Below are positions 10,688 to 20,614 of a stretch of DNA of 64,000 nt, piece by piece. This DNA is from Trueperaceae bacterium. GTDB lineage: Bacteria; Deinococcota; Deinococci; Deinococcales; Trueperaceae. The DNA is taken from assembly GCA_965213925.1 (NCBI GenBank), contig OZ243927.1, positions 2,272,001 through 2,336,000 on the forward strand, in the 5' to 3' direction. A model generated the notes under the pieces. That model was not told where the DNA came from, ran no database searches, and saw only the letters and a list, made by a program, of their open reading frames with translations. A program made the position numbers and the translations under genes. Positions within the stretch are counted from its first letter, which is position 1. Each line of letters begins with the position of its first letter.

Positions 10688-11440
10688 ATGGAGGAACCGT
10701 TGCCGTCACTCGACGACTTTCATCTACTTGACCTGCTCGATATTTTGATCATTGCGGTGCTGCTGTATCAGCTCTACAAACTGCTTATCGGTTCGCGCGC
10801 TTGGAACGTGTTGCGCGGCTTAGCCGCGATTATCGGGCTCTGGTTCTTAGCGGCTCAGCTCGACCTCGCCGCGACGCAGTGGATGTTCGATAGGGCCGCG
10901 CCCGCCGCTTTTATCGCGGTCGTCGTCGTGTTTCAGCCCGAGCTGCGTTCGGCTTTAGAGCGTGTGGGGCGCGGGCGCGGGGGGCGCAGCTCGAGCGGCG
11001 ACCCCGTCCAAGAGATCATGTCGGCGGTGCGCGAACTCGCCACGCAGCGGCGCGGCGCACTTATCGCGATTGAGCGGCACACGCCCTTAGCCGAATACGG
11101 ACAGGTGGGCACCAAGCTCGGCACGCCCGTCTCGTCGGCGCTTTTGCAGACGATCTTCGGCTCTAAAGGACCTTTACATGACGGGGGCGTCATCGTCAAA
11201 AATGACACCGTCACCTACGCGGGCGCGATCTTTCCGCTGTCCGACAAACACGAGGGCTGGTCGGTCAAACACGGCACGCGCCACCGCGCCGCGCTCGGAC
11301 TGTCCGAAGTCTCGGACGCCTTTACGATTGTTGTCAGCGAAGAGCGTGGTACGGTGAGCGTCGCGCGGCGCGGTGAGCTGCAAGCGGACATCGCGCCAGC
11401 GGAAGTGATCAAGGCGCTGCGAGAGGTTTACGGTGGGTAG
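10688..11440 (+). CDS. cdaA: Diadenylate cyclase (membrane-bound DAC)
   Basis: Three N-terminal TM helices, FQPELR, PLHDGG, GTRHRAALG; alternative TTG start at 10700 after GGAGG. Confidence 0.93.
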   Translation: MEEPLPSLDDFHLLDLLDILIIAVLLYQLYKLLIGSRAWNVLRGLAAIIGLWFLAAQLDLAATQWMFDRAAPAAFIAVVVVFQPELRSALERVGRGRGGRSSSGDPVQEIMSAVRELATQRRGALIAIERHTPLAEYGQVGTKLGTPVSSALLQTIFGSKGPLHDGGVIVKNDTVTYAGAIFPLSDKHEGWSVKHGTRHRAALGLSEVSDAFTIVVSEERGTVSVARRGELQADIAPAEVIKALREVYGG

Positions 11441-11731
11441 CCCAGTGAGTAGCTTCGCAGCGTTACGACTAGCGGTTATGGGCGGGGTTGGGCGGCGCGT
11501 TTACGGGGTCAAAGCAAAGGGTAGCGGTTGACGTAGCGGCTTCCGCTAGCGTTCGGCCTCTCTCGTAAACACTATTTTTCAGGTGGTCAACCAAGTGCGA
11601 AACATGAACTATACGCGAACAAACTTTAGCCCGTCCGCGGCGCGCGAAGAGGGGCAAACGCGGTGCAGTACCGGAAGATACGCTGAAGGCGTTGTAAGGT
11701 CCTTTACCCCTCAGCGACTTAGGCTCGAGCG

Positions 11732-12724
11732 TTGAGGCCCTCGTTTCGACTCGATCCGAAACGCTGGCTGGACAAGTGGCCCTTTAAGCTCGCGGCGCTG
11801 CTGCTCGCCGTGATGCTCTGGTTTTTCGTTCGCACGGACGAGAGCGTGACGAGTCAGCGCACCCTCAGTGTGCCGGTGACAGCCGTGGGTTTGAGCGAGA
11901 ATGAACTAGCCTCGGGTGTGCCTGAGCGAGTCGAGGTGACGATTTACGGGCCGAGCACCCGAGTGGACGCGCTCCGCCCGGAAGGGGTCGACGCCTTCCT
12001 CGACCTTCAGGACGTGTCGGGCGACTTCAACGTGCCCGTCAGCGTTTTTCCGCCGCAAGGACTGAGCGCGGTGCGCGTCGCGCCGACCGAAGTCATCGGT
12101 ACCGTCCGGCGCAAAGCGAGCAAGCGCGTGCCGGTGCGCGTCGCGCTCTACGGTCCTAGACCTGCTAACGCGGTCCTGCGGAGCCGCGCGGAGCCGGGCG
12201 AGGTGACGGTGACAGGGCTAAGCTCGCAGGTGGAGCGCGTACGGGGGGCGCTCGCACCCCTCTCCCTAGAAGGGGACGCGAACGCGCCCGTCAGCCTCTA
12301 CGCCGTCGACGCCGAGGGGCGGCCGTTACGAGAGGTCAGGCTCGAGCCCAATCAAGTCCGCATCACAATAGACCGAGAGCGCGTCCTCCACACGCGCCGC
12401 GTTCCCCTCAACCTCACCCTGCCCGACGTGAGCCCCTTGGAAATCTCCGCACAGTCGCTCAGCCAGCCCGACGTGCTCTTAGCAGGTCCGAAAGAGGTCT
12501 TAGACGCGCTGGAGCGCGTTCCCGCGTCGGTCAATCCCTCCTCCTCCGTGCCCCGCGTGAGGGAGTACACCCAGGTGCTGACGCTGCAACTCCCCGAAAG
12601 CGTACGCGCGCTAGAGACGCCTCGGCTCGAGCTGCAGCTCAGCCGACCTCAAGGTGAAACGGGTACAGGGGGCGCTGAGGGTGCCTCGTCCGAGTCCCAA
12701 TCAGAGCCTGCCCAAAATCCCTAG
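11732..12724 (+). CDS. cdaR: YbbR/CdaR-like regulator of CdaA
   Basis: N-terminal KLAALLLAVMLWFFV anchor, repeated beta-rich V.V.G units, position after cdaA. Confidence 0.8.
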   Translation: MRPSFRLDPKRWLDKWPFKLAALLLAVMLWFFVRTDESVTSQRTLSVPVTAVGLSENELASGVPERVEVTIYGPSTRVDALRPEGVDAFLDLQDVSGDFNVPVSVFPPQGLSAVRVAPTEVIGTVRRKASKRVPVRVALYGPRPANAVLRSRAEPGEVTVTGLSSQVERVRGALAPLSLEGDANAPVSLYAVDAEGRPLREVRLEPNQVRITIDRERVLHTRRVPLNLTLPDVSPLEISAQSLSQPDVLLAGPKEVLDALERVPASVNPSSSVPRVREYTQVLTLQLPESVRALETPRLELQLSRPQGETGTGGAEGASSESQSEPAQNP

Positions 12725-12756
12725 TTCGCGGTTTGAGGTGGCTGAAAGAGGGTGGG

Positions 12757-12869
12757 TAGTGGCTCTATCTGGAACGATACTGATGTCAAAGCAAAGGGTT
12801 TCAACCCCTTGTTCATCAACATAGAGATAATAGAAGGAGCACACGGCAACATTCGACTTGGAACCACTA
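12757..12869. mobile_element. 113-bp MITE-like element
   Basis: Imperfect TIR TAGTGGCTCTA / TGGAACCACTA; internal hairpin AAGGGTTTCAACCCCTT. Confidence 0.4.
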
Positions 12870-12968
12870 CGTGTTGTGGAACTGCTTGTCCTTCTCTTCT
12901 CGAGCCCGAAGCGCTTTGTCCACCGCGCGCAAAAATAACCCCGCCATACCTGTTATAAAGGAAGAACT

Positions 12969-13607
12969 ATGATTTACCCGATTCGCTACTACGGCGACCC
13001 CGTGCTGCGCAAAGTCGCTCGCCCGGTCGCCTCTTTTGATGATGAACTCCAGACGTTGAGCCAGGACATGATGGAGACGATGTACGACGCGAACGGCGTC
13101 GGCTTAGCCGCGCCGCAAATCGGACTGTCCAAGCGGCTCTTCATCGCCTTGCAGATCGAACCGGTAGAGGACGAAGAACCTGACGAAGCGGACGACCTCG
13201 CGGCGCTTTCCACCGAGGAGAAGCGCAAGCGCTGGGGCGTCGTCGCCGAGCACGTCATGGTCAATCCCGAGATCATCCGGCGCAGCGGCGAGCAGTTTGG
13301 GCAAGACGGTTGCCTCAGCGTGCCGGGGCTTTTCGTGAGTGAGATGAGACGCAACGACAAGGTTACGGTGCGCTTTCAAGACGTGGCGGGCGAGCCTCAC
13401 GAGCTAGAGGCTGAGGGACATTTCGCCCACGTGATTCAGCACGAGTTGGACCACTTGGACGGCGTGCTCTTCTTCGACCGGCTCCCCGAAGAGGATCGCA
13501 GGCGCTTCATGAACGAGCACCGCAAAGAACTCGCCGCGCTGCAGCGCGAGGCTAAGGCCGCACTCAAGCAGTTGAAGGACAACCCGCCCCTAGCGAAGGT
13601 CACGTGA
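12969..13607 (+). CDS. def: Peptide deformylase
   Basis: GVGLAAPQIG, DGCLSVPG, QHELDHLDG. Confidence 0.96.
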   Translation: MIYPIRYYGDPVLRKVARPVASFDDELQTLSQDMMETMYDANGVGLAAPQIGLSKRLFIALQIEPVEDEEPDEADDLAALSTEEKRKRWGVVAEHVMVNPEIIRRSGEQFGQDGCLSVPGLFVSEMRRNDKVTVRFQDVAGEPHELEAEGHFAHVIQHELDHLDGVLFFDRLPEEDRRRFMNEHRKELAALQREAKAALKQLKDNPPLAKVT

Positions 13608-14563
13608 TGCGTGGGCCCTTGCGGGTGGCGCTCTTCGGCTCGCCGAGTTTCGCGTTGCCTACGTTAGATGCGCTCCACCAAGAACATGAGCTGGTTTTGG
13701 TCGTCGCGCAGCCCGACAAACCTGCGGGGCGGGGCAACAAATTGACCTCTCCGCCCGTCGCGGTGCGCGCGAAGGAATTGGGGGTGAGGCTCGAGCAGCC
13801 CGCCAAGCTCAAGAAGAACGAGGCGTTTTGGGAGCTACTCCAATCTTTAGACCTAGACGTCGCCGTCACCGCCGCCTACGGTAAGATTCTGCCGCAGACG
13901 CTGCTCGAGGTGCCCAAGCACGGTTTCCTGAACGTCCACGCGAGCCTCCTGCCCAAGTACCGCGGAGCCGCGCCGATCCAGTGGGCGCTCATTAGCGGCG
14001 ACGAGGAGACGGGCGTGAGCGTAATGCAGACCGAAGCGGGGCTCGACACGGGTCCGGTCAGGTTAGTTAAGAGGGTGGACATCGAACCCCACGACACCGC
14101 CTCGACGCTCTTTCATAAGCTCTCTCTAGTAGGAGCCGAAGCGATGAAAGAGGCATTAGCTAAGTTGGCGATAGGCGACCTCCCCTGCGAGCCGCAAGAC
14201 GACGAACGCGCGACCTTCGCGCCCCTTCTGACTAAGGGCGACGGCGAAATCCGCTGGGCTGATTCGGCGAGAGAGGTCTACAACCGCTTTCGCGGCGTCA
14301 TCGCCTGGCCCGGCACCTGGACGACCTACGGGGGCAAGACGCTCAAAGTGCACGATTTAGAGGTTCGAGAAGACCTGCCTATGCAAAAGAGTAATAGGGG
14401 AGACGCGGGCGAGGTCCTGAGGGTGGATGCGGACGGTATTTTGGCGGTGACAGGCGAGGGCGCAGTGCTGCTCAAAACGGTGCAGCCGCCCAACAAACCC
14501 AAGATGAACGCCTTCGATTTCGCTAACGGCTACGCTGTGAAGGCGGGGCAGTCCCTTGGCTAG
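13604..14563 (+). CDS. fmt: Methionyl-tRNA formyltransferase
   Basis: QPDKPAGRG, NVHASLLPKYRGAAPIQ, GLDTGP. Confidence 0.96.
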   Translation: MMRGPLRVALFGSPSFALPTLDALHQEHELVLVVAQPDKPAGRGNKLTSPPVAVRAKELGVRLEQPAKLKKNEAFWELLQSLDLDVAVTAAYGKILPQTLLEVPKHGFLNVHASLLPKYRGAAPIQWALISGDEETGVSVMQTEAGLDTGPVRLVKRVDIEPHDTASTLFHKLSLVGAEAMKEALAKLAIGDLPCEPQDDERATFAPLLTKGDGEIRWADSAREVYNRFRGVIAWPGTWTTYGGKTLKVHDLEVREDLPMQKSNRGDAGEVLRVDADGILAVTGEGAVLLKTVQPPNKPKMNAFDFANGYAVKAGQSLG

Positions 14564-15869
14564 AGTCGCCATCGTCGGACGCCCGAACGTGGGCAAGTCG
14601 AGCCTCTTCAACCGCTTAGTCGGGCGGCGCGAAGCCATCGTCGCGGACATGCCGGGCGTCACACGGGATGTCAAAGAGGCGAAGGTCGAGAGCGACCTGG
14701 GCGGCGCGTTCACCCTGCTCGACACGGGCGGGCTCTGGTCGAACGACACCTGGGAAGCGCCTATCAAGCGCCGCATCGAAGCGGCGCTCCATGACGTTGA
14801 CCTCGTCCTCTTTTGCGTCGATGGGCGGGGCACGCTTTCTGCTGCTGACTACGAAATTGCCGACTGGCTCCGTACCTTAAACAAAGAAGTGCTCCTCATC
14901 GCCACCAAAATCGACGACCCGCGCCACGAGGAGAGCCCGGACGTGTTCGAGTTGTACGCGCTCGGCTTCGGCGAGCCGATATTCACCTCAGCCGAGCACG
15001 CGCGCGGCACGTACGAACTCGTCGATATGGTTGTCGAGCGGCTGCCCGAAGACGACGACAAAGCCGAGTCCGAGAACGTGCGCGTCGCCATCATCGGACG
15101 CCCGAACGTGGGCAAATCGAGCCTCTTAAACGCGCTCGTGGGCGACGAGCGCGTGATTGTGGCGGACCTGCCGGGGACGACGCGCGACAGCGTCGACGTA
15201 CAGTTCGACTTCGGCGGGCGACCTTTCGTGCTCGTAGACACGGCGGGCATCCGCCGTAAGCCGAGCGAGGACGTCGAGTACTACGCCAAGCTCCGCAGCG
15301 AAGAGGCGCTCCTCAAGTCCGACGTGGCGGTTTTGGTCATCGACCCCTTCGAACTCGGCGACCACGAGCTGCGCCTCGCCAACCTCGCGCTCTCGGCGGG
15401 TAAGCCCGTGGTGATGGCTATCAACAAATGGGACTTGGTGAGCGACGAGCAGTTGCGCGAGTTCGAGCGTGACGTGGCGGAAGAACTCGCGCATCTGCAC
15501 TTCGCGCCTAAAGTTTATACGAGCGCGCTCAACGCTTACGGCTTGCACGACGTTTTAGCCGCAGTCATCCGCGTGTACGACACGGCGCGCTTTCGCATCC
15601 AGACGAGCGAGATCAACCAGTGGTTGGAGGTCTGGACCCAGCGCCAAGCCCCGCCGAACTTCAAGGGCAAGCCCCTCAAACTCCTCTACGGCACCCAAGC
15701 CGACATCGCCCCGCCGACCTTTGTGATTTCTGTGAACAACGAGAAATTCATCACCCGCGCCTACGAGTCGTACCTCTTGAACCGCATCCGCGAAGACCTG
15801 GGCTTTATGGAGGTCCCGGTGCGGCTCATCTTTAAGTCGAGGGCGGGCGGCAAGCGGGTGCGGTTATAG
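14556..15869 (+). CDS. der: Ribosome biogenesis GTPase Der (EngA)
   Basis: Two tandem GRPNVGKSS G-domains; TTG start overlapping fmt. Confidence 0.96.
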   Translation: MARVAIVGRPNVGKSSLFNRLVGRREAIVADMPGVTRDVKEAKVESDLGGAFTLLDTGGLWSNDTWEAPIKRRIEAALHDVDLVLFCVDGRGTLSAADYEIADWLRTLNKEVLLIATKIDDPRHEESPDVFELYALGFGEPIFTSAEHARGTYELVDMVVERLPEDDDKAESENVRVAIIGRPNVGKSSLLNALVGDERVIVADLPGTTRDSVDVQFDFGGRPFVLVDTAGIRRKPSEDVEYYAKLRSEEALLKSDVAVLVIDPFELGDHELRLANLALSAGKPVVMAINKWDLVSDEQLREFERDVAEELAHLHFAPKVYTSALNAYGLHDVLAAVIRVYDTARFRIQTSEINQWLEVWTQRQAPPNFKGKPLKLLYGTQADIAPPTFVISVNNEKFITRAYESYLLNRIREDLGFMEVPVRLIFKSRAGGKRVRL

Positions 15870-16046
15870 AAAGAGGTTGCGTGACATAAATACTCGCACC
15901 TATTTGAGTTAAACCAAAAACGTTCTTAACGTATGAATCTCAGCGCTGCTTACGAATGACAGAGAACGTTTTGGCGTGGTAGGGGCGGTTGAAACTAATT
16001 CTGCAGGCGTACTCAGTTTGCAAAACTATGTCGTGCCCGTCTGTGC

Positions 16047-16096
16047 TACCGATTCAGATTGATTCGCGCATGTTAGCGAATCAATCTGAATTCGTA
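16047..16096. repeat. Short SRE-like palindrome overlapping the S8 gene stop codon
   Basis: TACCGATTCAGATTGATTCGC..GCGAATCAATCTGAATTCGTA, similar to 7657-7707. Confidence 0.6.
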
Positions 16097-17853
16097 TTAA
16101 AGGGCTCACTTAGGTAGATGTCTCTGCCCGTCAGCGCGTCGCCCGACCCGACCGTGATGGGGTCCTCGTAGCGCCCGGAGGGTTCGCCTTCGTCGCGCTT
16201 TCCGTCGTCGTCCAGGTCTTGCCACGCCTCGAGCACATACGTTCCGCTTACCAAATCGTCGATTAGGAAAGGCTGCTGAGGGGTGTCGATGACGAAACTC
16301 TGGCGTCTCGAGCGGCTCTCGTCGAAACGCTCACACGTCGTGGTGCAGAGGCTCGCCTGCACATAGGTCCGTACGGGGCTGGACACGAGCGGCAGGGGCG
16401 AGCGAGCCGAACCGCCGAGCGCCGCCGATGCATCTACGAGCCCCGCGCCGCAGTCCTCACGGTCCGCTCGCCCGCACGCCCGCGCCGACAGCGGGGTCGC
16501 GCTCCCTTTGAGCTTCGCCTCGATAGCGTCGGGGCTCAGCCCCGGCTCCTGGGCGAGCATCAGCGCGACGAGCCCCGACACGTGCGGCGCAGCCATCGAC
16601 GTGCCCGTGTAGAAAGCGTAGTCGAACCTGGACGTTTGCTCGTTCTTGACCGTGCTGAGGACGCCCGCGGGTGCCCTGTCGCCGTTGACGTTGACGGACT
16701 GCCCCCGGTCGCCGCCGGGAGCCATCACGTCGATCTCTCCGCCATAGTTCGAGTAAGGGGCGCGTCTGCCGCGCGGTCCGGTTGCGCCTACCGCGATGAC
16801 GCCGTCGCAATTGGCAGGCGAAAATTCCGCCACGTCGATGTCGCTGTTGCCCGCCGCGACGACGACCGTGACGCCCTTTGCCCGTACGGTGTCGATAGCG
16901 CTCTGCTCGAACATGCTGCAGGGCGCTTCGCCGCCTAAGCTCAGGTTGATGACTTGCGCGGGGTTGGGGTTGATGGGGACGCCCTCAACGGGTTCGCCCG
17001 CCGCCCACAACGCGCCGTTCACAGTGTCGCTCAGCGTGCCTATGCCTGTCGCGCCGAGTACGCGCACGCTTAGCAGCTTCGCGCCCCAGCTCACCCCGGC
17101 GACGCCGCTGCCGTTATCCGTGCTCGCGGCGACCGTGCCCGCTACGTGCGTTCCGTGATAGAACGATTCCCCCCCTAAGTCGGTGGGGTCGGCGTCGTAC
17201 CCGTCGCCGTCAGCGCTGTACGCCGGGTTGGAGACGAAGTCGTAACCGCCCGCCCACACCCCTTGCAAATCGGGGTGCGGGACGGAACCCGTGTCGATGA
17301 CCGCAACCGTGACGCCACCCGCCGCGCCGTCCTCGATGTCCCAGGCGGCGGGCAAGTTCATCGCCTCGTAGTGCCACTGATACGCATAGAACGGGTCGTT
17401 GGGCGTCTTCGCGATCGTCTTGATGGTATTAGGCTCGGCGTAAGCGACGTCGGGGCGGGCGCTGAGTTCATCAATGAGCGCCAACGTCTCCGCTTCGTTC
17501 AAGCCCTCCGCGCGGTAGAGCGCGGCTCGGGGCACACCGGTCGCTCCTACCCGCTGCACCGTGATATTCTGAACCGACAACACCGACAGAGACTGCATCT
17601 GAACGTTTGAAGTGAACTTGACGATGACCTCACCGGGAACGAACGCGGAGGTCGCGAACTGAGACGCCTCGGTCTCATCACCTAGCACGATGTTCCCCGT
17701 ATCCCCAGGAAAGATGAGCGTGCCTGCGATTGAAGCGGGTTGAGGGTCGCTGCTACAAGCAGCGAGGAAGAGAAGCGTGAAGAGCGTGAGATAAAAGTTG
17801 AGGACAGGGCGAACACCCCAACGTGCGACGAGAAGAGACGCGAAGCGAGTCAT
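16081..17853 (-). CDS. S8 serine protease lipoprotein (paralog of 7854-10197)
   Basis: Lipobox FLAAC; VIDTG, HGTHVAG, GTSMAAPH; C-terminal WQDLDDDG. Confidence 0.92.
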   Translation of the reverse strand: MTRFASLLVARWGVRPVLNFYLTLFTLLFLAACSSDPQPASIAGTLIFPGDTGNIVLGDETEASQFATSAFVPGEVIVKFTSNVQMQSLSVLSVQNITVQRVGATGVPRAALYRAEGLNEAETLALIDELSARPDVAYAEPNTIKTIAKTPNDPFYAYQWHYEAMNLPAAWDIEDGAAGGVTVAVIDTGSVPHPDLQGVWAGGYDFVSNPAYSADGDGYDADPTDLGGESFYHGTHVAGTVAASTDNGSGVAGVSWGAKLLSVRVLGATGIGTLSDTVNGALWAAGEPVEGVPINPNPAQVINLSLGGEAPCSMFEQSAIDTVRAKGVTVVVAAGNSDIDVAEFSPANCDGVIAVGATGPRGRRAPYSNYGGEIDVMAPGGDRGQSVNVNGDRAPAGVLSTVKNEQTSRFDYAFYTGTSMAAPHVSGLVALMLAQEPGLSPDAIEAKLKGSATPLSARACGRADREDCGAGLVDASAALGGSARSPLPLVSSPVRTYVQASLCTTTCERFDESRSRRQSFVIDTPQQPFLIDDLVSGTYVLEAWQDLDDDGKRDEGEPSGRYEDPITVGSGDALTGRDIYLSEPFNTNSD

Positions 17854-18233
17854 AGAGGCTAGTCTAGCCCTGCTTTCAGGGTCTTCCCTGATAAGAATTT
17901 CCCGTTGGGGAGGCGAACTACTTCACACTAAGCTAAAAACTGAACGTAGCAGACAAGTTGTCAGTAGCCGGTACCTCGTGCTGAATTCTGACGACTTACC
18001 GCTGACGACTTTGCCTCACGCTTTACACGCGCCCCATTTTATGCGATACGATAAAAGAAGTTAAAGCGGTCAACGTAACTGCTACACTAAAATTGCGCAG
18101 ATATACCCGCTAAAGCAGCCAGCGGGAGCGGTACCACGCGACTGCACAGGTCATCGCCTAAAGTGTATGTTGAATATCGCTTCACCCTCTTAGGGTGTTG
18201 ACGACCAGATGCTACCTGCAAAAGGAGACAACT

Positions 18234-19329
18234 ATGACCATGCAAGAACCTAAACAACAACTTCTCGCCCTCCGGGGGTATCTTTGACGTCGCTGGCAAA
18301 GAGGCGCGGTTAGAAGAACTCGAGCCCAGGCTCAACGACCCCACCCTCTGGAACGACCCCGACGAAGCCCGCAAGGTCACGCAAGAATCCTCGAGGCTTG
18401 GACGTATCGTTGAGAGCTATCACCGCTTAGAGAGCGACATCGAAGGCTTAGAAGAACTCTACGAAATCGCCTCTGAAGAGGAGATAGCGGAGTTAGAAGA
18501 CGAAAAAACGTCCATCCAAAAAACCCTCGACCTGCTCTACCGCGAGACGCTCTTCTCCGGCGAGCACGACGAACGCGCCGCGATTTTGACCATCACGCCG
18601 GGCGCAGGCGGCACCGAGTCCTCGGATTGGGCAGGAATGCTCTTTAGAATGTACCGCCGCTTCGCCGAGCGCCAGGGCTTCAACGTCGAACTTTTGGACG
18701 CTGTCGGCAACGACGCCGCGCCCAACGGCATCGACTACGCCCAAATTATCGTACGTGGCGAACGCGCCTACGGGCTCCTTCAAGTCGAGTCGGGCGTCCA
18801 CCGCTTGGTACGCGTCAGCCCCTTCGACTCGCAGAACCGCCGCCACACGAGCTTCGCGGGCGTCGAGGTGATGCCCGAAATCGACGACGACATCGAGCTA
18901 AACATCGACCCGAACGACCTCCGCGTGGACGTGTACCGCTCGTCCGGTCCGGGTGGGCAATCCGTCAACACCACCGACTCGGCGGTGCGTGTCGTCTACA
19001 AGGGCGGCACGCCGGATGAGATCGTCGTGACCTGTCAGGACGGCAAGAGCCAGATTAAAAACCGCGAGAAGGCGATGACCGTTCTGCGCTCCCGCCTCTT
19101 CGAACGCGAAGAGCGCAAGCGGTTAGAGGAGCAGATGAAGGCGCGGGGCGAACAAAAAGCCATCGAGTGGGGCTCGCAGATCAGGAGTTACGTGCTCGAC
19201 AAGCAGTACATCAAGGACCACCGCAGCGGTGAGACGCGCCACGACCCCAATAACGTCTTAGACGGAGATATTGAGGATTTGGTGTGGAAGGGGCTCGAGT
19301 ACAACGCGCAGCAGCGCGTAGCCGCATAA
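18234..19329 (+). CDS. prfB: Peptide chain release factor 2 with programmed +1 frameshift
   Basis: AAGGAG RBS, ATG 18234, CGGGGG-TAT-CTT-TGA-C (CTT TGA C at 18282-18288); the +1 frame carries SPF and GGQ motifs. Confidence 0.96.
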
Positions 19330-19407
19330 AGCTAGAGGGTGAAAGTTAAAGAGGTGAAGTTGAGTTTTGCGCAGCTTTGACGCTGTGTAAAACTCTATTC
19401 TCGAGGG

Positions 19408-20598
19408 GTGAAACGTACCTCTTACTTAAAAACTATTGGCGTTACTGCTGTTATGCTTTTTCTGACGATTTCATACGCTCAAACTGATTCTTCAAGCATT
19501 TTAGATTCGTATCTTCATGAGCGTTTCTGGAGCCAAATAACCGTCGATAATGTTCAAGAGGAGTTGGACAAGGGCGTCAGTATAAAGGCTCGTGATGGAG
19601 ATGAGGTTACACCTTTAATGTGGGCTGCCGCTTACAATGATGACCCTGAAGTTATCTCCGCGCTCCTCGACGCTGGTTCAGATGTTGATGCGCAACTTAC
19701 AAGCGGCTGGACAGCTTTAAGCGCTGCTACTCGCTTCAACCGCAACCTTGATATCACCGCTACTCTAATTGAAGCCGGGGCTGATGTAAATGTTCGCTCT
19801 GTAGATGGCACGACTCCTCTGATGTTGGCGGTTGAGCACAACAGTCTTGGCGTCATTGAAAAACTTATCAACGCTGGAGCTGATATAGACCTGCAAAATT
19901 TATCGGGAGAGACAGCGCTGAGGCTCGCTATTCAGAATAGTAACCATGAGGTTGTCACTACTTTACTTGATGCAGGAGCTAAAATAGACCTGCGTTACTC
20001 GGACGGAAGCACTGCTCTACTCACTGCTTTTGATAGGTCTGATATTGATGAAGCTATAGTCATCTCTCTTATCAACGCTGGAGCCGACGTAAACGTTTTT
20101 GCTGAGGACGGCTATACGATTCTGATAGCTGCTATCACAAGCTCTACTACGAATCCAAGAGTAGTTTCGGCACTTCTTTGGGCTGGTGCTGAGGTAGATG
20201 CACGCGATATCGAATGGGGCACAGCGCTCATGCACGCTTCATTTCTCGGCGATACGATAGCGACTGACATACTCTTAGAAGCAGGCGCTGATGTCAACGC
20301 TCGAGATTTTCATGGCGTGACCCCTTTGATGCTTGCTTCTATGTACGATAGACCTCATATGATAGAAACACTTCTCAAAGCAGGCGCTGACGTAAAAGCT
20401 CGTGATGAAGAAGGTAAAACAGCACTAATGTACGCTTCGATGTTCGGTAGCTCTACGGTTGTTGAAATGCTTTTGGATGTTGGAGCGGATGCCAGTCTAA
20501 GAGATGTTGATGGTGCAACTGCGCTAGAATATGCGGACGAGGCGGAAGGCTTTAATGATACAGAAGTCTACCAACAGCTTTTGGAAGCAACCCGCTAA
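19408..20598 (+). CDS. Secreted ankyrin-repeat protein
   Basis: Signal-peptide-like N-terminus; about ten G.TPL/TAL..LL.AGADVN repeats; visibly more AT-rich than its neighbours. Confidence 0.92.
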   Translation: MKRTSYLKTIGVTAVMLFLTISYAQTDSSSILDSYLHERFWSQITVDNVQEELDKGVSIKARDGDEVTPLMWAAAYNDDPEVISALLDAGSDVDAQLTSGWTALSAATRFNRNLDITATLIEAGADVNVRSVDGTTPLMLAVEHNSLGVIEKLINAGADIDLQNLSGETALRLAIQNSNHEVVTTLLDAGAKIDLRYSDGSTALLTAFDRSDIDEAIVISLINAGADVNVFAEDGYTILIAAITSSTTNPRVVSALLWAGAEVDARDIEWGTALMHASFLGDTIATDILLEAGADVNARDFHGVTPLMLASMYDRPHMIETLLKAGADVKARDEEGKTALMYASMFGSSTVVEMLLDVGADASLRDVDGATALEYADEAEGFNDTEVYQQLLEATR

Positions 20599-20614
20599 CC
20601 TCACCCCAACCGCT

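Noticed and set aside
18063..18182. Further TA-MITE relative upstream of prfB
   Set aside because: Only loose TIR-like ends, with no internal similarity I can verify by eye.
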